NCBI GenBank assembly: GCA_964016885.1
Contig: OZ024741.1
Coordinates: forward strand, 384,834,001 to 384,898,000
Direction: 5' to 3'
Length of the DNA: 64,000 nt
Source: Eledone cirrhosa
Taxonomy: Eukaryota
Both the position numbers and the translations under genes were made by a program. Positions 13,401 to 26,465 of this stretch are shown in pieces. The notes beneath the pieces are model-generated. The model saw only the letters and a list, made by a program, of their open reading frames with translations, was not told where the DNA came from and did no database searches. Positions within the stretch are counted from its first letter, which is position 1. Each line of letters opens with the position of its first letter.

Positions 13401-13528
13401 TTTCACTTGGAAAGGATGGTGAGGGTGGAGAGAGAAGTGCTGCCCCCCCCCGTACATTTGCTGAAAGGTGGGTGAATGTGGCGAGAATGGCCCGTGTGAG
13501 TGGGCCTACTCTGGTCATGCGGCTGTAG
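10408..13528 (+). pseudogene. Copy B ORF2 (APE-RT-CCHC), frameshifted and internally deleted
   Basis: SLNVRGL, AGDWN, FRPITLLNTE, LDQSKAFDRVDH, AYADD, CPRCAQSDETVLHALVQC. Confidence 0.95.
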
Positions 13529-13858
13529 GTGGGTAAATTTGAGGAGGAGAGGGGTGCCCTTCCAGGGTGCTCTCGAAGCGTCGGGTCGTTCAGGACTGGT
13601 GGGGTACCTGAGCGAACCCTAGGTGGTCATCCCCCCTATTGGGGAATTTTTTCTTGTTGTAATTTTATTGTTACTTTGTTATTGTTACTTTGTTATTGTT
13701 ACTTTGTTATTGTTACTTTGTTATTGTTATTCATATTGTTTACTCGATTTTTCTGTAAAACCCCACTGTCCCAGTCTTTTGTATTGTCCCCTATATGTCG
13801 GCCCGTGTGGCCAATAAATGAAATCATTATTATTATTATTATATATAGAGAGAGAGAG

Positions 13859-14054
13859 TGTTAAAATGGTGTGACACACCTGTTTTGTGTATCTGTACGA
13901 AACGAGGGTAACAACTAAGGTATTCAACAGGTGTAATTCCGAACTACCTGCGTGAGACTACAACGAAACTCAGTGTACACAATCTTTATTTATAGGCTTT
14001 TCGCCTAGTCCACTTTTAGTTACGCGGGGCTATTCAATGTTTTTCTCCACAACA
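13859..14054 (-). mobile_element. Probable solo LTR inserted in (GA)n
   Basis: Minus strand reads TGTTGTG...TTAACA (TG..CA termini), internal TATAAAT; homologous to 31366-31563. Confidence 0.65.
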
Positions 14055-14312
14055 AAGAGAGAGATAGATAAATAGATAGATATGTTTCTTTTTATTTGCC
14101 ACCAGGGCATCAAAAAGTGGGACAAGTACAATCGGGGGTGTTTACATAAAAAGGCGAGTAATAAAAACAAATAACAAGTATAAAATTAACAATAAAGTCC
14201 TCAATAGAGAGGGGGCGTTTGGAGGGTCGCCCCCCCCCCGAAAAAAGTGTGCAACCCCTTCTCCTCAGGAGCACAGAGATAGGGGGCTCCCTCGTTCCTT
14301 CCTCTTTTCCAC

Positions 14313-17300
14313 CTACAGGCTGATGTAAAGAGAAGGCCCATTCACACGGGCCATTCTAGCCATTTTCACCCACCTTTCATAAAAACGACTGGGGTGGAGC
14401 ACCTCTCTCTCCATCCTGATCCTTCTTCCGAAATGATATCGGAAGAAACGGACCAGTTGTTGGCCAGAGAGAAAGGTGCCTGACCTCAGTCCTTTCAGAC
14501 GCGTCCACCATACAACTTCTTTCACCATGGCTATTACGCACAGAAACATCGCCTCTCCTTCATTTTTGAAGGGGGGAGGCGGCTTGATCGTTACAATAAA
14601 CTCGGTGGTCAACCGGATCGGTCCCACCCTTGACAGCAGTTGTTCGACATAGCCCCACAGATCGGCTACGCCCGAGCAGTGTACCAATGCGTGTGCAACG
14701 GTTTCCTCGTCGCACACGCATCTGGGACAGATCTTTTTGGCGGGGTCCCTACCCGGGCACCCGTGTCTGTAGAGTTTTTCTCGAACGGGTAGAGCCCCTC
14801 GGTAGCACTGCCAGGCCAGGGACTTCTGGCAGTTGTCCATAGGTCCCGGGCTGAATGTCCTACTGAACAGTCTGGCCAGTTCGTCTTCCTCCATGTCTAG
14901 GGCTTCTCCGAGGGCGTCGTCGCCCCTGCTGCGTACTAGCCCTCTATAGAATGTTGCGGTGGAGTCTCCACTGATAACCGGATCCGCCTGTCAGAGGGCG
15001 GTGAGCGCCTGGGCACACTCAGTGTGCCAGGCGCCCCGTTTTCTCGGTCTTTGCTTGACCCAGGATTGCAGCTCGGTGAGTGAGACGAGTTTGGGAAACG
15101 TTCGTCTCACAAACGAGGCCCACACCGGTTGACCGGTGAGGAATACGTGGAGGTGCCGTAGCCTTAATGCGTGTTTACGCATCATTAGCCACGGCATCCC
15201 CAGCCCTCCTTTCGAAGGGTGTTGACAGCAGATGGATCTCCTCACCAAAGGAGCCCGCTTCTTCCAAAGGAATTGGAAGAGTGCGCGCTCCATCTTGGCG
15301 AGGGTTTCCCTTGGGCAAGGCACGACGATCAGGCAGTAGTAGATGACGGACGCTATATAGGTGTTCGCCACCTCCGCCCGACCTTTCAGGGATAGTTTGC
15401 AACTGGCCCACTTCTGGGTCAGTGCAAACACCCTGTTCGTAACCTCAGCCCAGTTCTTCTCCACCTGGAGGTCTGGTCCGAACCAGACCCCGAGCAACTT
15501 CACCGGGCCCTCCGTCCAGCGTCCGACGACGCCATCGGAGGGCATCGGTTTGCCCCTCCACGTGCCGAGTTGCAAACCGATCGACTTGTCCCGGTTCAAC
15601 TTAGCCCCTGTGAACCTTTCGTACTCCTCCAGTAAGGTGCCGATCGCCCCGATTTCGGAGGCCGTCGACACCATTACTGTCACGTCATCGGCGTAGGCCG
15701 ACACCGCTTTCCGCAATCCCGGTTCCAAAGGGATGCCCTGCAACAACTCAAACTTCCGCAGTAGTGGCTCGAGAGTCAATACATACAGAAGGGGGAAGAG
15801 AGGGCACCCTTGTCGGATGGACCGCGCGATTTCGAACGGCTCCGAGAGGTAGCCGTTCACCTTGACTCTAGAGCAGATGCGGCTGCTGTGCATAGCAGTG
15901 ATCCAGCCCCTGAAAACGGGTCCGAAGCCTGCCGCCGCTAGCACCGCATCCAGATAACCATGGTCGACCCTATCGAACGCCTTAGATTGATCCAAGTTGA
16001 TCAGAGCCCCACCAAAGCCGGGTTCGTTCCCAACCCTCTCTATGATGTATCGCATGAGGTAGAGGTTGTCATGGATGGACCTGGACGGGATAGCACATGT
16101 CTGCGCATCTCCCACCAGGTTGCCCACGACAAGCGTCAACCTCTTTGCTAGCACCTTGGCCAAAATCTGTAACTCTGTATTTAGCAGAGTTATGGGCCTG
16201 AAGTTACTTATTTCGTCCCCCTTGTTCTCGTCCTTCCTCACTAGCGTGACTACGCCCTTGGTCACAGCACAGGGAATTCTCCCGTTCTGTTGCCAGTTGC
16301 AGTAGACCGCCTCGAGGAGATCGGGGAACAAGTCCGGCATAGCTAGATATAGTTCGTATGGAAGACCATCGAGACTCGGGGATTTGCGTTTGACGCATTG
16401 GCTCAGCACGTCCTCTATCTCAGCGGCTGAAATCGGCTCCTCGCAGGACTTCGCCTCCCTGTCCGAGAGACGCGGCAGGGCGTCGAGGTATGGACCGAAG
16501 TCCACATCCCCAACCGGCTCCCCGCCCCTTCCGAACAATCGGGCAAAGTGCCTTTGAAAGGTATCACATATCTGCTCAGGTTCAAGGATCGCCCGTCCAT
16601 CCTGGTCTCGCAAAGACCGGATGGTGGATTTAGTTCCACTCTTGGCTTCTGTCACGCGGGCCCAGCTAACAGCTTTGGCTCCCTCGTTCCCTAGAGCACG
16701 TATTTTACTTCGGACAACGCGGCCTTCGTGCTTCGCGTCGAAAAACTGGCTCAAAGCCGTTCTCGACGCTAGCACTCTGGCCACGTCGCCGCTTCTAATT
16801 GCCTCTTCTACTCTATCTATCAGCTCTCTTTCCTTCCTATTCCTATCCGCAGCTAGAACCTTACTAAATTCTATCGAGACTAATGTAATCTCTCTCTTTA
16901 GAGATACCTACCACCTGCTGTTGACGATCGCTCCAGTCAACCGCTCCTTAACTAACGTACTAATCCGGTCCCTGTAAGCTTTACTTGCCGGTAAGGACAA
17001 GTTCAGCTTCCAGTAACCGGGGCCCTGTCTATGCGTTCTATCAAGGTTGACCATGCATGTCACCAACTTGTGGTCTGAATAGCCAACCATGAGCATTTCT
17101 GGACAACTTAAAAAGTCCCTGTCCTTATTTCTAACTAAGAACCTATCTAGGTATGACCTAGATTGACCGCTGCGATTTGACCAAGACCAGGTTGGCACCG
17201 TCGGAAAATCTAGTCGAAATCTATCGGCCAGGTCAAATCGGCCGAGTAACCCCTTGAGGCTGTTGCGCCCCTCTCTATCGGGACATGCCCCTGCATAGCC

Positions 17301-17750
17301 CAAAGTGCATCCAGGATACCATTCCAGTCCCGCACTAAAAGCAGGGAATGGCACGTCCCTCGAAAAGACTCCAGACGCTGGAAAAAGTCGGGCCGCTCTG
17401 TCCCAAAAGGGGCATATGCGGCTACCAGCCTAAAGGCTCTACCTTCACCACTGCCAAGGTCCAGCACCACCAGTCGACCCCCCTGGGTCCAAGTGAACTA
17501 TCTGTGTGGCGAGACCCAGATGTTTTTGCAGCAGAACGCCAACCGCACCCCCACCTCCGGGCTGACAGAGAGATGCGTGCATCTCAAAGTCATCAAAGGT
17601 GGGGGCTAGCTGTCGCATGCTGCTGATCCGGGCCTCGCAGATAACCATCACATTTATAGATCGTGCCCTGAGGTCATTTAGAAGCATTGCTTGCTTCCAA
17701 GATGAGCCCAGGCCACGCGCATTTAGACACCCTATTCTCAGCACAGCCAT
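14313..17750 (-). pseudogene. Copy C ORF2 (APE-RT-CCHC)
   Basis: ORFs 17445-17774, 16908-17354, 14991-16784 (597 aa, RQGCPL, AYADD), 14313-14894 (CPRC..H..C). Confidence 0.95.
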
Positions 17751-17774
17751 GTTGGTGGTAAGGAGAAAAGGCAC

Positions 17775-19526
17775 TTACCTCTCTGCGTCCCGGGGAGCGG
17801 GCCGCTCAATTTCCATGAGGGTTGGGGATGGGTTGTTTGGTGGGGTGGTGGTTTGTGGAAGTGTAGGGGCATCAGTGTGTTGTGGGGTTGGGGTGTTTGT
17901 GGTTGAGTGGGGGTGGGGGTGGGTGGGAATTTTTTAGGAGGACGCGGTTGATTGGCTTGGAGCAGGGGGGGGGGGGCCACGTCCTCCGTGAAATTTATTT
18001 TAAACGTTTTGTATAAGTTCATTGGGACTTTAATCATTTGTAAATGAGGTAGTCCCACAGCAGTTAGAAAGTTAGGCCCTTCAGTTTGGACCGAAGGGTT
18101 TGACGAAATTGTGTTCATTAGTTCTTTGTTGTCTGTGTTCATGTATGTATATTGTAAAGTCTTTTTTTGCGTAGCAGTTAGTGTTGTGTGACGGGGAGGG
18201 GTGGTTTGTATATAGTTTGTTTTCTCTTGGGGAGGGTTAATGTTAATAAGTGTGTCTGTGGTGCGCCTCCTCTTCTTTCTTTTTACTGTTTGGAAGGGAT
18301 CTTTTTCGTCTTGCGACGAAAGGGGTTCGTCTTCCTTGTTGGGTGGGAGGGGTATATTTTCTGGTAGTGTTTGCGGTGTGTGTGTTTTTGTATTTGTTTT
18401 GGGTGGGGAGGGGTTGGGTGGGACAGTATTCTGTGTTGTTTTTTCACGTTTGTTGTTGTTGTTGTGGTTGTTTTTGTTGTTGTTGTTGGGGTGGTGTTGG
18501 TGTTGGTTGTTGGGGTGTTGGTAGCAATGTTTTTTTCTGTGTGAGCTGGGGACAGGCAGCCCTCAGGTGAACTATATTGCCACAGAGGTAACAGGAGGGA
18601 CGCCTACCCTCCACAATAATGTTGAGGTGGGTACGGTCATCCAGCATGACGCGCTCAGGGATTTGGGCGATACGTTCTGGCCTTATTTGGGTCAGAACTT
18701 CGATACTCGTTCCACTGAACGCGTCGCCGGATGCCTTCCCTATTGATATAAGGTTGTCCTCGTCTAAATTGAGGAAACCGGTTAGTAACCACCAGTAGTT
18801 TATGTTTGGGGTGATGGTGGTTATCCATATTCTTTGGGTTTTTTTACCCATGTAGGTGGGGAAAAAGGTGTAGTGTGTGGAACGAATTGGCGACACAGAG
18901 TATTTTTTCGCCGCCAATTCGTCTTTCATCAATATGGATAAACTCCCATAGAGTTTATCCTTTTGTATGAAAATAATGTCTTTCATAGCTTCTTTCAGTA
19001 CTAACTGAATTTCAGCTTGAGATGGTTGTGCTGGTTTTTTTGTTTTGTTTGAAATTGTACGGAATACAACAGTTGGTAATTCCGTCTGTTTTTTTAGTTC
19101 TGGGGGCGAATTTATAGAAAAAGATCCATTTTCGCCAAACGATACATATTTTTTCGCTTTTTCAAGCATTTCTTTGGCATTTGAAATATCCTCAAGCACA
19201 TATGTGACTGATATTTTAGCAGTTTGTGCAAAAGATATTTTGTTTTCATTGTTGGTGTTTGAATTGTTTTGTTTCTCGTAATTTGAATTGTTTTCATTTT
19301 TGTTGTTGTTGTCTTTCTCGTTTGGTGTGTTGGTTTTGTCATTGTTTGTGTTCGAGTAGTAATAAATTGGGTTTTCACCCGTATTTAATTGTTTGTCTGG
19401 CATATCGCCTTTTACTAAGTCTTTTACAACGTTGGCGCGAGAAAGCAAAACGCTTTGTACCGCTTGCTTCTTTCTTTCTTTTTCCTTAGTGAGCGTGGCG
19501 TTATCGTCCACACGTGCTGCAGACAT
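17775..19526 (-). pseudogene. Copy C ORF1
   Basis: ORF 18444-19526 with CYLCGNIVHLRAAC knuckle plus downstream pieces ending MEIERPAPRDAER*. Confidence 0.85.
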
Positions 19527-19993
19527 GGCGTCAATTTTTTACCATGTGAGTCAGCAAAAATTTTTTTGAGTAGTTTTTACCCCCAAACGGGGTAAAAATA
19601 CGATGACCACCCGTCTACAGACCTAGCCGGGTGGTTAAAAGGCACGAAGACAACACAATAAAGAGACAAACACTTACTGTCAATGGGTAAATTTTTAAAA
19701 AGGCAGGAAAGGCAGGAGCCGATGTTATACACGTCTATACTATACGAGATAGATATGTTCCTTTATTAGCCACAGGGACACAAAAGGAGGGGACAAATAC
19801 AAAGGTGGAAGTTTACATACAATAAAAACGTGTAAAATGTTATCACAAATGCAATTTAAAAAGTTAGTCGATTTTCCCCATTAGAGGGAGACAGTTTATA
19901 TGGGTAACACATACCCCCTAAAAAATGTGCAACCCTCATCTCCAGGAGTACGAAGAGTTTGTACTCCTTTCCTCTCCTCTCCTTTTCCTCAAC

Positions 19994-22900
19994 CTATAGG
20001 CTGATATAGAGAGAAGGCCCATTCACTCGGGCCATTCTCGCCACTTTCACCCACCTTTCATAAAACTTGCTGGAGTACAGCACCTCTCTCTCCATCCTGA
20101 TTCTTCTTCCAAAGTGGTATTTGAAAAAAAGAATCAGTTGTTGGCCGGAGAGAAAGGTGTCTGACCTCAGCCCTTTCAACCTTGTCCACCATACAACCTC
20201 TTTAGCCATAGCTATCACACAAAGGAAAACCGCCTCTCCTTCGTTTTTGAAGGAGGGTGGCGGTTTGATCATGACAATGGATTCGGTGGTCAACCGGATT
20301 GGTCCCACCCGCGACAATAGTCGTTCTACATAGCCCCACAGGTCAGTGACGCCCGGGCAGTGTATGAATGCGTGCGTGACGGTTTCTTCGTCTCGCACGC
20401 ACCTCGGACAGATCTTTTTTGCAGGGTTCCTGCCCGGGCGCCCATGTCTGTAGAGCTTGTCTCGAACTGGTAGAGCTCCTCGGTAGCACTGCCAGGCCAG
20501 GGACTTTTGGAAGTTGTCCATCGGTCCGGGCGGAAGGTCCTACCGAACAGACTGGCCAGTTCATCTTCCTCTACGCCTAGAGTTTCACCGAGCGCGTCGT
20601 CGCACTTGCTGCGGATCAACCCTCTATAGAATGACGAAGTGGAGTCTCCACTGATCGCCGGGTCCGCCTGCCAGAGGGCTGTGAGCGCCTGAGCACATTC
20701 GATGTGCCAGTCGCCCATTTTCCTCGGTCTTTGCTTGACCCAGGACTGCAGCTCGGTCAGCGAGACGAGTCGTGGGAAGGCTCGCCTCACAAACGGGGCC
20801 CACACCGGTTGTCCGGTGAGGAATACGTACAGATGCCGCAGCCTGAGCGCGTGTTTGCGCATCGTCAACCACGGCATCCCCAGCCCTCCGTTAGAAGGGT
20901 GTTGGCAGCAGATGGATTTTCTCACCAAAGGAGCCCGCCTCTTCCAAAGGAATTGGAAGAGCGCGCGTTCCATTTTGGCGAGCGTTTTGGCTGGACAAGG
21001 CACGACGGTCAAGCGGTAGTAGATGGCGGACGCTATAAAAGTGTTCTCCACCTCCGCTCGACCTTTCAAGGATAGTTTGCACTCGGCCCACTTCTGGGTG
21101 AGTGCAAACACCTTGGCCGTCACTTCGTTCCAGTTCTTCTCCACCTGGAGGTCCGGACCAAACCAGACCCCGAGCAGCTTTACCGGTCCTTCCGTCCAGC
21201 GTCCGACGACGCTATCGGAAGGCATCGGTTTGCCTCTACACGATCCGAGTTGCAAACCGATGGACTTGTCCCGGTTCAGCTTCGCTCCTGTGAAACTTTC
21301 GTATTCCTTCAGTAAGGTGCCAACTTCCTCGATTTGCGAGGCGGTCGATACCATTACTGTCACGTCGTCGGCGTAGGCCGACGCCGCTTTCCGCAGTCCC
21401 GGTTCCAGAGGGATGCCCTGCAATAGCTCCAACTTCCGCAGTAGTGGCTCGAGAGTCAGTACGTACAGAAGGGAGGAGAGAGGGCATCCCTGTCGAATGG
21501 ATCGCGTAATATGTAACGGCTCCGAGAGGTAGCCGTTCACCTTGACCCTTGAGCAGATGTTGCTGTTGTGCATTGCAGCAATCCAGCCCCTGAACACGGG
21601 TCCGAAGCCTGCCGCCTCGAGCACCGCATCCGGGTAACGATGGTCAACCCTATCGAAAGCCTTAGACTGATCCAAGTTGATCAGGGCCCCACCGAAGCCG
21701 GGTTTACATCCTACCCTCTCTATGATGTATCGCATGAGGTGGAGGTTGTCGTGTATGGACCGGGTCGGGATTGCGCATGTCTGCGCTTCTCCCACCAGGT
21801 TCTCGACGACAAGCGCCAGCCTCTTTGCCAACACCTTGGCAAAAATCTGTAACTCTGTGTTTAGCAGAGTTATGGGCCGGAAGTTGCCTATGTCATCCCC
21901 CTTATTCTCGTCCTTCCTGATTAGTGTGACTACGCCCCCGGTTACAGAACTGGGAATTCTCCCGTTCTGTTGCCAGTTGCAGTAGACCGCTTCCAGGAGA
22001 CCGGAGAATAAGTCCGGCATTGCTACGTAAAATTCGTAGGGTAGACCGTCGAAACCTGGAGATTTGCGTTTGCCGCGTTGGCTCAACGCGTCCCCTATCT
22101 CAGCGGCTGAAATCGGCTTTTCGCAGAACTTTGCCTCGCTGTCCGAGAGTCGCGGTAGGCAGTCGAGGTATGGACCGAAATCCATAGCCCCTCCCGGCGC
22201 GCCGCCCCGCCCGATCAGTTGAGCAAAGTGCCGCTGAAAGGCCGCACACATCTGCTTCGGCTCACGTATCACGCGTCCGTTTTGGTCCTTCAAAGACCGA
22301 ATCGTGGACTTGTTGCCACTTTTTGCCTCCGTCACTCGGGCCCAGCTAACAGCTTTGGCTCCCTCGTTTCCCAGAGCACGTATTTTACTTCTGACAACGC
22401 AGCCCTCGTGCTTTGCGTCGAAGAACTGGTCCAAGGCCGTTCTCGTTGCTAGCACGCTGGCTACGTTGCCACTTCTAATTGCCTCGTCTACTTTATCTAC
22501 CAGTTCCTTCTCGGTTCTATTTCTATCTAACGCTAATTCTTTACTAAAAACTAACGAGTCTAATCTAACTGCCCTCTTGAGAGAGTATCACCATCTGTTG
22601 TTGACAATGGCCCCTGTCAAGTGCTGTTTAACTAAAGTGCTAATCCGTCTACTGTAGGCTTTGCTTGTCGGTAACGACAAGTTCAGCTTCCAGTAGCCGG
22701 GTCCTTGTCTATGGGTTCTATCAAGGTTGGCCATGCAGGTCACTAGTTTGTGATCTGAATAGGCAACCATGAACATTTGTGGACAGCTTAACATGTCCCT
22801 ATCCTTATTTCTAACTAGAACCCTATCTAGGTACGATCTAGATGTTCCGCTACGATTACTCCACGTCCACAGTGGCGCAGTCGGAAAATCTAGTCGATAT

Positions 22901-23430
22901 CTATCGGCCAGGTCAAATCGGTCGATTAACTGTTTGAGGCTGTTACACCCCCCTTTATCGGGACATGCTCCCACATAATCCCAACGTGCATCTAGGATTC
23001 CATTCCAGTCCCCCACTAAAAGCAAGGAGCGGGACGTTCCCAGAAAAGTCTCTAGACGTTTGAAGAAGTCTGGCCGCGGTGTCCCGGATGGGGCATATGC
23101 GGCCACCAGCCTGAAGGCTCCACCTTCACTACCGTCAACGTCTAGGACCACCAGTCGACCCTCCGGGTCCAGATGTACCGTCTGTGTTACGAGGCCCAAG
23201 TGTTTCTGCAGCAAAACGGCAACTCCTCCCCCACCCCCCGGTTGACAGAGAGATGCGTAGATCTCAAAGTCATCGAAGATGGGGGCCAGCTGTCGCTCGC
23301 TGTGGATCCTGGACTCGCAAATGGCTACCACATCCATACTGTGCGACCTGAGGTCGTTTAAGAGTTTGCCCTGTTTCCAGGGCATCCCCAGGCCGCGTAC
23401 GTTCACACATCCAACTCTTATATTGGCCAT
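19994..23430 (-). pseudogene. Copy D ORF2 (APE-RT-CCHC), one in-frame stop and one frameshift
   Basis: ORFs 22588-23430 (endonuclease), 20326-22455 (RT), 19994-20521 (C-terminal CCHC). Confidence 0.95.
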
Positions 23431-23463
23431 GTTGGTGCTGAAAAGTTAAATGAGGAAAAGAGA

Positions 23464-25393
23464 TCACTCACCCTTCGTCTCCTGGGGACCAGGCTGCACG
23501 ATTTCCATGGGGGTGTTGGAGGGGTTGTCTGGATGGGTGGTGGTTTCCGGCGGGGTGGGGACGGAGATGTTTGGTGGGGTGGGGTCTGGTGGGATGGGGG
23601 TGTCTGGGGTGGGGAGACATTTGAGAAGGACGCTGTTAAGTGGTTTCACGCAGGAATTCCCCACATCCTTCTCAAATGTTTCTTTTAGGGACCTATAAGT
23701 TTGTATAGGGACCCTAATCAGTTTTAGGTTCAGTTTTTTGTTATTTTTAATAGAGTGGGCGAAAGTTTTCCCTTCGGTTTTCACCGAAGGGTCGTTCGTG
23801 ATGGTCTCCATTAGTGTTTTGTTTTCAGTGTTTATGTAAGTGTAAGTGTAATTTTCTTGTGTTGTGTTTGTTTTTGTCTGTAGTTCTTGTGTGTGCTTTC
23901 GTTTCGTTGTAGGTATTTTGTTTTCAGGAGGTGGGGGTTTTGTTTGTGATGTTTTTGTTGTTTGTGTTCGTGGTTGTATGTTTGTGGTAGTGCTTGCTGG
24001 TTTTTTGCTTTTGTGATGTCTTTTCTTTCTTTTCGAGCGATGGGGTTCTCCCTCGTCTTCACTGGGTGATGGCGAGATAGCCTCATCTGTTGTATCGTCT
24101 GTGTGATTGGGGAGGGGTATGTCTTGGGTAGCTGTTGTGTCTGTATGTGATTTTGCAGTGGTTTTAGGTGGAGTGGGGTTGGGTGGGACTGTGTTTGTTG
24201 TGGTTATTTTTGTGTGTTGGTGTTGTTGTTGTTGTGGTGGTGTTGGTGGTTGTGTTGTTTTGATGGGTGTCGGCAGAAGAGCCTTTTTTTGATTCATTAA
24301 TTTAGGACAGGAAGCCCTCAGGTGACCCCTGCTAAAGCAATGGTAACATGAAGGCAACCTACCCTCAACCGAAAAGTTTATGTAGGTGAGTCCGTCCAGG
24401 AGTACACGTTGTGGGATCATAGCTATTCGCTCTGGGCTCATTTGCACCAGAACTTCAATGCTAGTCCCATTGAATACATCTCTGGGGGACTTTCCTACTG
24501 ACAGTATTCTGTCTTCATCAAAATTGATGAAGCCGCACAGTATCCACCATATGTTCACCTTTGGTGTGACACTCGTGATTTTGATCTTTTGTGTCCTTTT
24601 TCCCATGTATGTAGGGAAAAAGGTGTACAGGTTGGATCAATTGGCGACACAGAGTAATTTTGGGCCATCAATTGATCCTTCATAAGTACCGAAATACTCC
24701 CAAAAAGTTTGCTTCTTTGAATGAATGCAATATCATTCATTAAATTTTTGAAAACCAGTTCAATTTCTTTCTGTGACAATTGGCCTGGTTTTCGGGTAGA
24801 ATTGGAAACTGTCCTAAAAACTATCGTTTTGAGAGTAGTTTCCTTGCGAATTTCTACCGGAGAATTGATGCTGAAAGCACCATTTTTTTCGAAAGTGACA
24901 TATCTCCTAGCGTCCTTTAAAAGTTGTTCGGCATTTGTTATGTCGAGATATATCAGTTCCTCCTTTTTTTGAACTGTCTGTGCAAAGGAGATTTTGGTTC
25001 CTTTGTGGAATTATCCGTGTTGGTGGTGTTGTCATTATTGTTGTTATTGTTGTTGCTATTCTTGTTGTCACTGATGTTGATATTATTCGTATCTTCCTTG
25101 GTGTTGGTTTTGGTGTTGTTGTTGTCTTTGATGCTGGTGTTATTGGTGTTGTCTTTATCTTTTTCTTTGTTGTTGTTGTCATTGTTGTTTTTATCATCAT
25201 TATTAGTGTTGTTGTTATTTTTGTTGTCATTGAACTGTTTGGTGTCATTTGTGTTGTTTGAATATGAATTCGTTTTTACATTTTCATTTCGTCTTTCCAT
25301 CTCTATAGTATCTAGTGAAGAAGACGTTGTTGACTGCGAGCTATGTAGTCTTACCGCCTCTCCACCACCAATATCGTTGGACGCAGCGTTCAT
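23464..25393 (-). pseudogene. Copy D ORF1
   Basis: ORFs 24953-25393, 24555-24779, 23464-24606; CYHCFSRGHLRASC knuckle. Confidence 0.87.
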
Positions 25394-25610
25394 AACGTAA
25401 TCAAAATTTTACAATATTTTTTCCAAGATTCGATGGAGAAAAAATTTTCAAATGGATATTCCGCCCCTGTAGGGGCGAAAATGAGTTGACCCACCACCTG
25501 AAGGTTCAGACGGGGAATCAAGTTACACAATGATATAAAATTTAACTAAAAACTCACGTTTTTTTCTTACATAAAATAACGGAAACTTCTCCGCGAAGTT
25601 ACACACCTCT

Positions 25611-25672
25611 GATAGATAGATAGATAGAAAGAGAGATAGATAGATAGATAGAGAGATAGATAGAGAGAGAGA
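25611..25672. repeat. (GATA)n/(GA)n tract at the 5' flank of copy D
   Basis: Direct inspection. Confidence 0.9.
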
Positions 25673-26234
25673 GCTGTCGCGCTGGTAAGTAATCAGTTAA
25701 TGAAAGAAGGAGTGCGTAGCGTTACAGAAGAAATAAATACCAAAATTGTACACGGAAAAAACAAAACACGTGGGACCAACAGAGCACACAGCTTTTTCGT
25801 CAATCCCCACCCCTCCTGAGCAATGAAATTTGATGCATAGGGATGAGATTGCATAATATTAGGCCCAGATTGCAGGATGGCTAGAACAAGTCATGAAAAA
25901 ATGCATATGAGAAAACAGAAAAGCACAGAGACAGAGGAAGGAAACCTACGGAGTGTCCTTCGACTAGAACAACAAAGGAAATATGTAAGTAAATAAACTG
26001 AAATATCTTACGACTGGAAACAGAACAGGATATGGGGGTGACACACTGTGAAAATAATAACGAAGGAAAGAGGGGAATATAAATAGACGTTTGTCAAAAA
26101 AGATGATATACAAGAGATGATCGATAAAACAGAAGCTAAAATAAACACTAGATAAAATACTGGGATTGATATAAAACCCTTCATGCTAACATGGTCGCTT
26201 TCCAAAAAGACTGAAGTCGGTAAAAAAAAAAAAA

Positions 26235-26465
26235 TATTGATTTCAATTTTGAAGCACAAGGCCAGGAAATATTTGAGTAAGGGTTGATTAAATAAGCCTT
26301 AGTATTTGGCTGGTACTTTATTTTATCGGTCCCGGAATGATAAAAGTCAAAGTTGACCACGGGGGTTGTGGTGGGGAATTTGAACTTAAAACGTAGAGAG
26401 CCGCAACAAATAACGCCAGATAATTTGTCCGGAACTCTAACAGTTCTGCTAATCTATCACCGTGG
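26235..26465 (-). mobile_element. tRNA-derived SINE with Meta-like domain, degraded
   Basis: Reverse complement of GTTCAAAT B-box and CGATAAAATAAAGTACCAG core seen at 28445. Confidence 0.65.

Larger units (their letters stand above)
8218..13825 (+). mobile_element. L1/Tx1-clade LINE, copy B (both ends present, small internal deletions)
   Basis: Starts GGTCTAAGCGGACG after (TAT)n, matching the 5' end of copy G; ends CCAATAAATGAAATC followed by (ATT)n. Confidence 0.95.
14082..19736 (-). mobile_element. L1/Tx1-clade LINE, copy C (full length, few disruptions)
   Basis: ORF1 and ORF2 on minus strand; 3' end GGCAAATAAAAAGAAACA followed by (TATC)n. Confidence 0.95.
19754..25610 (-). mobile_element. 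L1/Tx1-clade LINE, copy D (full length, least degraded)
   Basis: 5' end AGAGGTGTG abuts (TATC)n; 3' end GTGGCTAATAAAGGAACA followed by TATCTATCT. Confidence 0.95.

Noticed and set aside
13529-13864. Third ORF after ORF2 in copy B
   Set aside because: GTG start, runs through a low-complexity GU-rich UTR and is not conserved in other copies
23431-23471. 34-nt GT..AG mini-intron between ORF1 and ORF2 in copy D
   Set aside because: Very short for a metazoan intron and the AG is absent in A, B, C and G
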